From contig MGMD01000010.1 of the NCBI GenBank assembly GCA_001796285.1, forward strand, positions 65,415 to 129,414: DNA of 64,000 bases, given 5' to 3'. The DNA is from Chlamydiae bacterium RIFCSPLOWO2_12_FULL_45_20. Its GTDB lineage: Bacteria; Chlamydiota; Chlamydiia; Chlamydiales; SM23-39. A program made the translations under genes and the position numbers. A model generated the notes under the pieces. It saw only the letters and a list, made by a program, of their open reading frames with translations. It did not search any database and was not told the DNA's origin. Shown here one piece after another: positions 28,999-39,400 of this stretch. Each line of letters opens with the position of its first letter. Within the stretch, counting starts at the first letter, position 1.

Positions 28999-30935
28999 AA
29001 ATCTCCCTTCAACTCCCTCAATAAAATGAGATCTTTCATCACATTCAGTGTCTCTATCAGTTGCAAATCGGTTTGAGCAAATAGGTTGACTGACTCGGCG
29101 TCAAAGTTTTTTTGGGCAAGCTCCTTTAAAAAACCTTGGTAGTTTTTGTTGCGCTCAATACGCATAGTAGAGTTGTAGTTCAACTTTTTTATATAAGGTT
29201 CATAAGTAGTCAGGCGCTCTTGCTGGTGATATTTGTACATGGAACCCAATTGCATCTTGTGGAACGGAGACAGATCGGAAAGGTCATCTTCAAAATTCGG
29301 CGGGATGGAGTCATTTTCGAGAGGAAATTTGGCAAAGGCTTCGCCGATATCGAGCTCCGAAAGAATGCCGGGAATCACAATCTCTGAGGCAACTCCAATG
29401 AGTTGGGGGCTTTTCCCTGAAACGGTGTAGTATTTACCTCGCGTCACTTTATATTCTCCCTGGGAGTTCACCTTGGGACTGTTGTGCGGTTCAAGAGTAA
29501 AGGTTTGAAAGGAGCCTTTCCCAAACGTATGAGCATCGCCCAGGACAATCGCCCTTCCATAATCCTGCAAGGTTTGGGAGACAATTTCAGCAGCAGACGC
29601 AGAAGCTCGGTTCACAAGGCAAAAAAGCGGGCCTTGCCAGACTGGCGTCCCCTCCACTTCTCGAAGATGTTGGATTTTTCCCAAGTGATCTTTGATGGAA
29701 ACGACAATTCCCTTATTGATAAAAAGACCCGTTACACTGACGGCTTGGGCGAGCAGCCCTCCAGCATTGCTTCGCAGATCGAGAATGACTCCTTTTAATG
29801 CATGCTCCTTCTCGATTTCTTCAATCGCTTTACGGATATCGGAGGCTGAACAGTTATTCTGATCCTGGTAGAAGGAGTAGAGTTTCAAGATTGCAATGAC
29901 CCCATCTCCATAAGGTTCAATAACGGATTCCAGTCGCGTTTCTTCAAGAATGACTTCATTACGAACCAGCGCAATCTCTAGAGTTTCTGACTTTCTTTCC
30001 TCTCCATCGCCAGACTGTCTTAAAATGGTTAAAAGCACGGAAGATCCTTGTTCCCCACGAATCAACTCCACAGCCTCTGTGATTTCCATGCCGATAATGG
30101 ACTCTTGATTGACGGCAATAATTTTATCATTGATTTTGAGTTTATTGCTTAGGCTGGCAGGACTGTTTTCCAAAATTCGGACGACAGAAAGGCCGTCGAG
30201 ATCGTCTCTTAACTGCGCGCCTATTCCAAAAAGGCGTTGTTGAACCTGAATCATAAATTGATTCGCTTCTTTAGGCGTGAAGTAATTGGTGTGGGCATCG
30301 AGAGCGGAAGCGGCGGCCTTTAAGACAACGCTCAAGGTCTGTCTCGTTTGTTCCTCTTTGGTGCCGCCAATAAACTCTTGCTCACGGTTGATTCTTCCCT
30401 TTTGGAGGCGCTGGATAAAGCGGGACTGATGCTCGCTGGCAAGTTTTTGCGTGGCATCTAGCTGAAGGGCTTTGATGCGGAGAATGCGATTGAGGAGCTC
30501 TCCATCATTAGTCGCCCAGGAAAGGTCCTTAAACTCAGCGCTTTTCACTCCCTTGGGTAGTTCCATCGAAAGGATCTTGTCTTCTATTTCACCTCTTCGA
30601 TCGATCGCTACCGCGAAGGCTGCATGAATATCGTAGAAGAGGGAAAAATCCCCTGTATGGAATCCGTCCAATGCTCGCTGCAGGGTTTCAGGGGTGGGCT
30701 CCAGCCACTTTGTAATCGCTTCTTCAACGAAATATGTCTTTGTCGGGTCGAGCTCATCGAGAAAATTTTTTAATGTCCGGTCCACCAGCTCCGCAGTCCA
30801 TCTTTTGTAAGAGACGTGCGCCTTCAAAATTTCCTCGATCTTGTTTTTTACAATGTGTGGAGCCAGTCGAGGCGGCTTTGCCTCAGACACCGAAAAAATC
30901 AGGATAAAGATAAGGAAGGTAAATCGGAACAGCAT
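28995..30935 (-). CDS. tsp: tail-specific (S41) protease with a PDZ domain
   Basis: GIGAQL (PDZ), DLRSNAGG, SASAAEI, TFGKG. Confidence 0.9.
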   Translation of the reverse strand: MLFRFTFLIFILIFSVSEAKPPRLAPHIVKNKIEEILKAHVSYKRWTAELVDRTLKNFLDELDPTKTYFVEEAITKWLEPTPETLQRALDGFHTGDFSLFYDIHAAFAVAIDRRGEIEDKILSMELPKGVKSAEFKDLSWATNDGELLNRILRIKALQLDATQKLASEHQSRFIQRLQKGRINREQEFIGGTKEEQTRQTLSVVLKAAASALDAHTNYFTPKEANQFMIQVQQRLFGIGAQLRDDLDGLSVVRILENSPASLSNKLKINDKIIAVNQESIIGMEITEAVELIRGEQGSSVLLTILRQSGDGEERKSETLEIALVRNEVILEETRLESVIEPYGDGVIAILKLYSFYQDQNNCSASDIRKAIEEIEKEHALKGVILDLRSNAGGLLAQAVSVTGLFINKGIVVSIKDHLGKIQHLREVEGTPVWQGPLFCLVNRASASAAEIVSQTLQDYGRAIVLGDAHTFGKGSFQTFTLEPHNSPKVNSQGEYKVTRGKYYTVSGKSPQLIGVASEIVIPGILSELDIGEAFAKFPLENDSIPPNFEDDLSDLSPFHKMQLGSMYKYHQQERLTTYEPYIKKLNYNSTMRIERNKNYQGFLKELAQKNFDAESVNLFAQTDLQLIETLNVMKDLILLRELKGDL

Positions 30936-31307
30936 ATTCGTTTAAAAAATGAATCCCCTCCGTAGAAAGCACTACGCGCGAAAAATGACTATATACCTAA
31001 GAAGCACTTTAGCGCTATACCGAAATGGAAAGGTACTACCGCACTTTGTCAAATGGCGTAAAACGGTATAAAATATTTAATAAGATAAATGATTTTTTTT
31101 GCGCAATATTTCATCCCTGAAACAATTTGTTCGTATGACAAATCCGTTGATTTATAGTCGTTAATATGAAATAATCGTTACTTAAAGAAAGTAAACTAAA
31201 TTAAGTGTGCAAAAAATGAAATCTTTATCAAGTATTTTTTGCCGAAAGAGTTAGTAAATCGTTGAAATTTAGTTAGTTGTATTAAATTTTTTTAGGAGGA
31301 AGGAACC

Positions 31308-31745
31308 ATGAATTCGGACATAGCATGGGGCCAAGATGGACAAGTTAGAGATTCGGCAAAAGTGGTTTCCATTACAGAGGCTGCTCGAATCAATAATGTA
31401 ACTAGGCAAGCAATCTATGTTGCCATTAAGCAAAAAAAGCTCAAGGCGGCCAAAGATTCTACCCGTTGGACCATTCATTTGGATGATTTAGAAGAATACA
31501 GAAAAAATAAGTATTCAAGAACGAAGTCAATATTTGATGGTGAACTTTTATTTGATCCAGATAAAGGTTACTATTCAGTTAACCAAGCTGCAAAACTTCT
31601 TGGAGTACCTGCGCAGAAAATTTACTATGCAACGCGTATAGGGCTTTTAAAGGCTCATAGAAAAGGCGCAGCATGGGTCATTCATGTGGATGATATCAAA
31701 GGATATCAAGAGCACTATCTAAATCGTAAGCCGAAAGTAGGCTAA
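31308..31745 (+). CDS. euo: EUO, the chlamydial developmental transcription repressor
   Basis: VSITEAARINNVTRQAIYVAIKQKKL, YSRTKS, second HTH GVPAQKIYYATR; SD AGGAGG; gltX/recJ neighbourhood. Confidence 0.92.
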   Translation: MNSDIAWGQDGQVRDSAKVVSITEAARINNVTRQAIYVAIKQKKLKAAKDSTRWTIHLDDLEEYRKNKYSRTKSIFDGELLFDPDKGYYSVNQAAKLLGVPAQKIYYATRIGLLKAHRKGAAWVIHVDDIKGYQEHYLNRKPKVG

Positions 31746-31780
31746 AAGAGATCGCCCAAACTCGAGATGGGCGATTCTTT
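31746..31780 (+). terminator. intrinsic terminator after euo
   Basis: ATCGCCCA/TGGGCGAT stem followed by TCTTT. Confidence 0.6.
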
Positions 31781-31812
31781 GGCCCAAGATTCAAAAAATT
31801 TATTCATAGACC

Positions 31813-34626
31813 TTACCACTTCGTTTCGATGGAGAGATTGCCGTGCTGATTGTAATAGAGCGTTTCGCTGTCGGGAGAAAGCTCGATATTGTATTGCAGG
31901 CCTAAGCTAAAGCATTTATAGGCGAAAGAGAGTCCAAAGTCCACATGGAGGAGGTTCCAAGTCTTGTCCCAGCCCTCGGTTTTAAAGGGAATCGTTGTAT
32001 TTTGGAAAAAAGCAGTATAGTCAGGGCTCTGGATCGGGGTCATGTTGACAAAACCGAAAGAAATCCCTGGGGAAATACACATCGTTTCCTCTCGATTTAC
32101 ATCTTGCACTTGCAAGGCTAATCCTACTTCGGTTCTCAGGGTTCCGTCCCCTCGATTCAGAACTTTTAAGTTTAGCGATCCAGCTCCGCGTTCTCGAACT
32201 TGTTCTGTGGCCAAATAAAGGTAATCTACATTGAGGTAAGGATAGAAAAAAGCCTGAGGAGAGCCAAAGAGATAGGCGCTTCTGATTTGTCCTACCACAT
32301 CCCACGAATGGAAGCTTGCACCGGCGTGTCGGTGCAGAGATAAGAACTGAATATTTCGGTCAGTGTCATAAAAATCGATGCCGGAAAGAAGGGCTGCGCC
32401 GCAGTAAAAACTGTCCCATTGGTAGTCGGTATAGGCGGCTCCATAGAGTCCATTGATTGTGCTTTTCCCGCGCGAATCATGCCAGTGGAGGTGAGCGATA
32501 TTCCAGCTGGCGCCCAACCCAAAAACCCAATTCTGAGCTATTTCTCCATCATAGCCGAGAGCAAAACCGCCAGAATTTCCCTGATAGCCGATCTCAATAC
32601 CATCCTGTTTGACAGATAGGGAAGCTCCAAAGGGTTCAAACCAGAATCGGTTGGGATTGGCACAGGCGCAGGGTAAATAAGGGAAACGGTGGAAGAGCTG
32701 AATGAGCTGGCTTAACACCTCTATTTGTTCATCGACAAGGGCACTAAAAAGAGCGGGGTGCATTTGGTCAAGCGCGTTGTTGATGACAGCAAAACTTTGC
32801 CCAATAAACAGGTTAAAAATAGAGACCATCTCAGGAGACAATTGGCCCGCCGCAAAAAGCTCGTCGATATTGTTCCCTACAGCGGCTGTATTTTTGTTGG
32901 AGAAAGGAAAGACGGCAAAGGGTTCAGAAATATCGACGTGTAGGAATATATCCGTAAGGGAAGAAGTAATGCTTGGCACAAAAGCTGCATTTGTCGAAAC
33001 AACGGGGGAAAATCCGGGAGGAATTCCTGCGCCGAGAAGGCCCGCAGAGGTTAAAATAGTGTAGTCTGCAGCAAATCCATAGAACCCTGGGGTTGGGTCG
33101 ACAGTCAGTGGCACCACGTCTAAAAACGTAGCAGTGCCGGTCACAGCTATTTGATCCGCTTCCAAAGGAGCGATTTCAAGAATGACTTGAGAGCCTGGGT
33201 TGAAGGTTAATGTACCATCTATGGTTAGAGTGCCTGGGCTGCTGCCCGGGCTGATGATCCCGCTACAAGTAGTGGTTCCCACTGTACCGGATCCTCCCAG
33301 AGTGCCAGTGGCAGTGACGGAGAGAAGCGAGGCATTAGCTAATGAGCCGTCTACATTTAACCGTCCTTCCTGAATCGTAGCAGCCCCTGAAAAGCCTGTG
33401 CTGGCGCCTGAAAATGTGACCGTTCCTGTGCCTAGCTTGTTGAGAGAGCCAGTCCCGGAGATTTCTCCGCCGTAGGTTCCATTGAAGTTTTGACTGAACG
33501 ATAGGATCGATGTTGCATCGGCAAGAGCAATATTACCCTGTAGGCCATCGGTAGTCCCTGCTAACTGAGTGGCTGTGGCAATCGTCGTGCCTCCAGTATA
33601 GCTATTGAGTCCAACGAGGGTCAATGTTCCTCCCCCAGAAAATGTAACGCTCCCCGCCCCATTAAAATTGCCAGTAAAGGTCACAGAAGATCCGCTTGTG
33701 ATCGTAGAGGCATTCGAGAAGGACCCTGATCGAGGAATAGTCAGCGATGGAATCACATTTAACGTGCCTCCAGAAAGATCGAGTCTCCCTGAAGCATCGC
33801 CCAAGTTTCCATCGCTCGAGATACTCAGGGTGCCTGCGCTGATATTGGTGCCGCCTGAATAGGTATTTGTGTTGGTGAGGATGAGAATACCTGCATCCCC
33901 TTTTGTTAAAGACCCCGAACCATCTATGAGCCCCATCACAGTGGCCGTACTGGCTGCAACCACATCTATTCTGGCAGTAGATGTCAAAGAGAAGGGACGA
34001 GTATGGCTGACACTGGCAGCATATTGGAGAATGGCATTTCCAATGGTGAGGGTAGTGCCAGAAGATCCAAGGTTGCCATCATTGATGATGCTGATCGTCC
34101 CTTGAGTGAGGCTTGTTCCACCTGAATATGAGTTGGATGCATTGGTTAAAGCAAGGACGCCGACACCGGTTTTTATGAGAGATCTACTAGCCCCTGAAAG
34201 GATTCCATTTAAAGTGAAGATGCCAGTAGAGCCTTGCGATACAGAGAGGTTATTGGCCAGGGCAATATCGGCGTCAATGGTATGAGCGCCATTGCCTACA
34301 CTTGCCGTCACTTCGATCACTGCACTTGCAGAACTGGAAGATTGTGTGAACGTAAATACGTCTGCCGGCGCCACAGGAGAGATCGTGTAGTCTGTTGTAA
34401 AGTCAAAGGTGATTTGACCCAAAGAGACGGGAATATCTAGAAGCACGGAGGGATTCGGCCCAGGAACAGAGCTTGTAAAACTCGCCACTTCCCCAGTGCC
34501 ATTGGGAGGTCCGCCAGAAGTCCAGTTTGCAGCGGTAGACCACATACCTCCGGCAGGTGCGATCCACTGAGCACTTGCAGAGAAAAGAGAAGCGGATGAA
34601 AAAAGCAGAGGGAGAAGGAGTTTCAT
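31813..34626 (-). CDS. autotransporter (type Va) with passenger-associated (PATR) repeats
   Basis: signal peptide MKLLLPLLFSSASLFS; repeats of LxKxGxGxLxLxxxNxYSGGT; C-terminal beta-barrel ending in W. Confidence 0.88.
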   Translation of the reverse strand: MKLLLPLLFSSASLFSASAQWIAPAGGMWSTAANWTSGGPPNGTGEVASFTSSVPGPNPSVLLDIPVSLGQITFDFTTDYTISPVAPADVFTFTQSSSSASAVIEVTASVGNGAHTIDADIALANNLSVSQGSTGIFTLNGILSGASRSLIKTGVGVLALTNASNSYSGGTSLTQGTISIINDGNLGSSGTTLTIGNAILQYAASVSHTRPFSLTSTARIDVVAASTATVMGLIDGSGSLTKGDAGILILTNTNTYSGGTNISAGTLSISSDGNLGDASGRLDLSGGTLNVIPSLTIPRSGSFSNASTITSGSSVTFTGNFNGAGSVTFSGGGTLTLVGLNSYTGGTTIATATQLAGTTDGLQGNIALADATSILSFSQNFNGTYGGEISGTGSLNKLGTGTVTFSGASTGFSGAATIQEGRLNVDGSLANASLLSVTATGTLGGSGTVGTTTCSGIISPGSSPGTLTIDGTLTFNPGSQVILEIAPLEADQIAVTGTATFLDVVPLTVDPTPGFYGFAADYTILTSAGLLGAGIPPGFSPVVSTNAAFVPSITSSLTDIFLHVDISEPFAVFPFSNKNTAAVGNNIDELFAAGQLSPEMVSIFNLFIGQSFAVINNALDQMHPALFSALVDEQIEVLSQLIQLFHRFPYLPCACANPNRFWFEPFGASLSVKQDGIEIGYQGNSGGFALGYDGEIAQNWVFGLGASWNIAHLHWHDSRGKSTINGLYGAAYTDYQWDSFYCGAALLSGIDFYDTDRNIQFLSLHRHAGASFHSWDVVGQIRSAYLFGSPQAFFYPYLNVDYLYLATEQVRERGAGSLNLKVLNRGDGTLRTEVGLALQVQDVNREETMCISPGISFGFVNMTPIQSPDYTAFFQNTTIPFKTEGWDKTWNLLHVDFGLSFAYKCFSLGLQYNIELSPDSETLYYNQHGNLSIETKW

Positions 34627-34682
34627 GGATGACCCATGTAGACACGCGCCAAAGATACTATAAAAAAATGATCCATTCAATG

Positions 34683-36434
34683 CTATCCTATTTGGTGAAA
34701 GTCTTTAATTTGGAGTTGAATGCTAGCCTTATTTAGGAAGAGGTTGATGTGTGGGGTAAAAGCGATTCTGAGATGGATGTTTTTCTTTTGGATTTCATTT
34801 TTGCGATCTGCAAGGCCAAACGCAATCCCCTCCAGCATCCGGTCCCCTTGTTCTAAAAACAATTTTAGATGATATTTCCCTACCACTTTAGGCAGCCAGA
34901 CTTGTAATGCGTCACAATATAAAATAGGATGGGGGTTTTCATTGCCAAAAGGTTCTAAGAGATTGAGCGATTCCATAAAGTCGAAGGTCAAGTCATCGAA
35001 GTTGACCTTCGCATCCAAGTAAAGTTTAGGGGTGATATCTTGTTCTTGAAGGACTCGGTCTGCTTCCTGAATCAATTGTTGTTTAAAGGCGGAGATATTT
35101 TCTTCTCGAATAGTGAGTCCTGCTGCATAGTCGTGCCCACCAAAATTGATGAGGAGGTGTTTGTTGGCTTTTAATACCGGGACAAGGGGGAATTCTGGAA
35201 TCGTTCTCATCGAGCCTTTGCCAATGCCCTTTTCAATCGCAATGATGAGGATAGGCCTACTGTATTGTTTTGCAATTCGCGCTGCGATGATGGGAATGAC
35301 TCCTGGATGCCATTTTTCAGATGCAAGAACGATAGCTCTATCTTGGAGGACTTCTGGGTTTTGAAATATAAAGTCTTCAATGTCTATGGCTGTTTCTTTT
35401 TCAATTTTTTGTCTTTCGATGTTATATAGATCCAGTTCTTTAGCGAGTTTTTCTGCTTCCTCGCTATCTTTAATAAGAAGGAGCTCTACACCTTTATTGG
35501 GGTCAGCGACTCTTCCTAGTGAATTGAGTCTTGGCGCTATTTTCGAGGCGATATCCATTGGGGAGAAGTCTTTTGTTTGGACTTCACTGACTAAAAAGAG
35601 CTTTGCCAGGCCCACTCTTTTGACTTGTTTCATTTGTCGTAGGCCATAGCGGACTAAGATGCGGTTTTCTCCCTTCAGGGCTCCCATATCTGCAATGGTT
35701 CCTAAGGCTACTAGGTCGAGATAGTCTTTTAGATCAATGATGGATGGCGCAAGTTGATCATGCTCAATCAAATAGTTGGTGATTGCGTGGGCGAGTTTAA
35801 ATGCGACCCCGACGCCCGTCAGATCTCGATTGGGGTAGGTGCTATTGATAAGCTTTGGGTTTAAGGTGGCAATGCAACTGGGAATTTTCGACGTGGGCTC
35901 GTGATGGTCTGTAACGATGACATCGATACCGCGGCTGACCACTTCTTGAATCTCCTTTGCCGCCGTTATGCCGCAATCTACAGTGATCATCAAGGAACAG
36001 TGTTTTTTTATAGCGAACTCAAGGGCTTCGCCCGCAATGCTTTTTTGTAAGTTGGGGCGATTCGGGATATGAAAGTAGACGGAGGCGCCGATCGCTTTTA
36101 AAAATTCTGTTAGAAGGGCAGCAGCTGTCATTCCGTCTACATCGTTATCGCCATAGACTAGGATGATTTGCTTTTGTTGGATTGCAGCGATCACCCTTGT
36201 AACTGCGGTTTCCATATCGGGGAAAAGATGTGGGTCGTATAAGTTGGGGAGTTTTGCGTAGAGAAACTCATGAATATCCGCTGTCTTGATAAATCCTCTA
36301 GAAATCAGGATTTGCGCTGCGACAGGATGGATATTAAATTCTGTTGTAATATGTTGAAACAGGAATGGATTTTTTTCTGGGTAGACCCAAATAGTTCCTT
36401 GTGTCTTGGAAGAGAATGGAGACATTATTTCCAT
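34683..36434 (-). CDS. recJ: single-stranded DNA exonuclease RecJ
   Basis: YGDNDVDG, TVDCG, TDHH, GTIAD, FGGH. Confidence 0.95.
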   Translation of the reverse strand: MEIMSPFSSKTQGTIWVYPEKNPFLFQHITTEFNIHPVAAQILISRGFIKTADIHEFLYAKLPNLYDPHLFPDMETAVTRVIAAIQQKQIILVYGDNDVDGMTAAALLTEFLKAIGASVYFHIPNRPNLQKSIAGEALEFAIKKHCSLMITVDCGITAAKEIQEVVSRGIDVIVTDHHEPTSKIPSCIATLNPKLINSTYPNRDLTGVGVAFKLAHAITNYLIEHDQLAPSIIDLKDYLDLVALGTIADMGALKGENRILVRYGLRQMKQVKRVGLAKLFLVSEVQTKDFSPMDIASKIAPRLNSLGRVADPNKGVELLLIKDSEEAEKLAKELDLYNIERQKIEKETAIDIEDFIFQNPEVLQDRAIVLASEKWHPGVIPIIAARIAKQYSRPILIIAIEKGIGKGSMRTIPEFPLVPVLKANKHLLINFGGHDYAAGLTIREENISAFKQQLIQEADRVLQEQDITPKLYLDAKVNFDDLTFDFMESLNLLEPFGNENPHPILYCDALQVWLPKVVGKYHLKLFLEQGDRMLEGIAFGLADRKNEIQKKNIHLRIAFTPHINLFLNKASIQLQIKDFHQIG

Positions 36435-36492
36435 GGGAGCTTTTAAATCGGAAGTCTATAGGTCTCATCGATTATAGTCTACACTCCTTCCC

Positions 36493-39400
36493 CTATCTCT
36501 TCTCCGGCTTGTGTGAGAAATGTGGGTGAGGTGTTTCTTGGTGATGAAAGAACAGCATGAGGGGCGAAGCAATGTACCATGAGGAAAGGGTTCCCAAAAA
36601 GACGCCAATCGACATAACTAAAGCGAAACTGAAGATAGAAGCACCGCCAAATACGACAAGAGCAACGAGAACGAGCAAGGTAGTACCAGAGGTGATGGTC
36701 GTACGGCTTAATGTTGCATTTAAAGCATGGTTAATCATCGAAGAGAGGGAGCGATTTTCTGAAAATTTCATCTCTTCACGGATTCGGTCAAAGATAATAA
36801 TCGTATCGTTCAGAGAGTAGCCAACGATGGTCATGATGGCCGCTACCGTGTTTAAATCAATTTGCACAGGGACGCCTACTGCATGAAGAATCCCTATAGC
36901 AGCTACTGTAATCAGTACATCGTGAATGACACAAAGGATAGAAGCGGTTGCGAACTTATACTCAAAGCGGAAGGCGAGGTAGATAAAAATACACAAGCAG
37001 GCAAGGAGCAGTCCTAAGAGGGCGTTATTGCGCATACTGTCTGAGATTTGGCCGCTCATCGAGGTCCAGTTGGCTTCCATATTTTCCAATGAGTGTGTTG
37101 TCAAAAACATTTCCTGAGAAGAAAGTGCCGCCACTACCCAATCGGCTCTTGGGTTGGTTTGATGGTCATTTTCTCGTGGCATTTGGAAGAAGGGTTTTTC
37201 AGCCAGTTCCATACCGGTTCCAAATAGGATGCGCAGGTGATTGGAAGGGGTCAGTTCTCGAACCTGAAAATCTTGGGGATGAGCACCTGCAAGGAGGAGA
37301 GCGTTTTCCACGTTTTGTAGGTAGTTGCCTTCTGGGTTCTTTTGTAATTCGAGGTGTAGCGAGAAGCCACCGGTAAAGTCCATTCCAAAAATGGAAGAGC
37401 GCTTGATATAAACTAGAACGCTGCCAGACAGGATGATAACGCAAGCTGTAAGCATGGCCAGACGCCCATACTTTAAAAAGTCGATAGATTTTGCCCGGAT
37501 CCAGTTTGCCATGGTGAGGCTTTTCCCCTGATTTCTTCTAGCCCAGCCGACAAAGTAGTAGCGGGTCATAAAGAGTGCAGAAAACATGGAGGAGGCGATT
37601 CCAATAATCAACGTTAGGGCAAAGCCTTTAATGGGTCCTGCGTCAAAGTTTAAAAGAATGAGGGCTGCAATGATGGTTGTGACATTCGAGTCGACAATGG
37701 CGCTATAGGCCTTTTTATAGCTTGCTTGGATGGCTAAAGTGACGTTTTTAGATGTATTAAATTCTTCTTTAAAACGTTCAAAGACCAGCACGTTTGCATC
37801 GACAGCCATCCCCACTGTTAGGATCACTCCAGCGATTCCAGCCAAAGAGAGGGTAGCCCCAATATTTTGTAGCGTTGCCCAAAGAAAGAGGAGGTTAAAC
37901 AGGAGGGCAATGGAAGCGATAAGGCCAGAAAAACGATAGTATGCCACCATGGATGCAATGACTAGAACCAGAGCGATTGCTGTGGCAACGATGCCTTGGG
38001 TACGGTCTTTGTGCCCCAATTCGGGACTGACGTTTTTCTCTGAGAGGATGTGTGGTGTGAAGGAAAGAGAGCCAGCTTTGAGATCGGAGACCAGAACCTC
38101 TACTTCTCTTTGGGAAAAATGGCCGCTGATGGAAGCGCTATCGCGGATGACGGCGTCAAGTGTAGGGGCGCTGATGACAGAACCATTGAGGATAACGGCC
38201 ATTCTCCATCCACGTCCTCTTGTGTATTCGTCTAAAGAAGAGCCTGCCACAGTTTCTTTAGAAAAGCGGGACGTCCAAGCTTGAAGGTCGTCTCTTGGGT
38301 TGCTTTTTTTCCCTTCTTTGCTCGTTGAAGCTCGCTTGACATCAAATGAGAGATAATTTCCTTTTTGTGGATCGTAATTCGACTGCACAGATCCCAACTG
38401 AGATCCTTCAAGGGTGTAATTGTTGAACACTAAGAGTAGGGGATGGGTCTGTCCGAACCACTGGCTGTTTGGTCGAAGAAGGGCTACTTTTGAATGAGTG
38501 GTGTCCAGGGAACTGTCAATAGAGGGGTGTTCAGGAGGTGCTAATAAAAGCCCGTTGTCCAAGAGCGTTCTTGCAGTTTCAGAAATGCTTTGTCCATGAA
38601 GGTGCCGATAGGCAATCGCATGGACGCTTTCTGCGTCTTTTTGGTTTGTCACTACCGCTTCATTCCATACATCTCGTAGGAACGCTTGCGCTGCAGTGGC
38701 TAATGGAGAGTCGTAGGAAGAAAACTTTTCATTGACTATGTGAAAGTACATGGAGGAGGCTTTGATGAGCTCTGAGGCGCAAAGAGATTGTGAGCCAGGA
38801 AAATCGAGGACAATGGTATTGCCAAGCGTCCGAATAGACACTTCAGACACTCCCATTTTATTGACGCGGTTGTAGAGTTCGTTGATTCCTTGTTTTAAAT
38901 CTGCTTCATTCTTTACTTGCTGATGGTTAGCGTTGCGAAGCTCAACTTGTACGGTTTTGCCGCCCGATAAATCAAGACCCCAACGGATAATTTTTCTCTC
39001 GTCTCCACGGTAGATCTTTTTCATGGAAAGCAGAAGGTTGTGCAAAAAAATATTTTTCGTTGGTCTCGGGGTAGTATAGTTTGTCCCCTCGTGGAGATTC
39101 ACTTGTGCTGCGTTATATTCATCTCGCCACTTGATGAGATCATTGTGGATTTCGGTATCGATGCGGTTTTCTGTTAAAAGGCGGTGCTCGAGCGTGGAAA
39201 GCTCAAGGGAGGCATACTTTCGCGTCCCTTTTACTTCAAATTTTTCCCTTGTTGCGGCTAGAAGAGATTGGTAGAAATCTGCTTTTTCAAAGATGATTTG
39301 TTGGTTTTGGCCTTGATGGGGGCGGTATCCGCTTTCTTCCAAAAGAGTAATAAGTGAACGAACATCAGAATGAAATTGTGTCGCAAAGTCTGAATCGGGA

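Noticed and set aside
31308-31745. phage excisionase or prophage
   Set aside because: The tandem HTH protein matches chlamydial EUO in its usual neighbourhood; no phage genes nearby.
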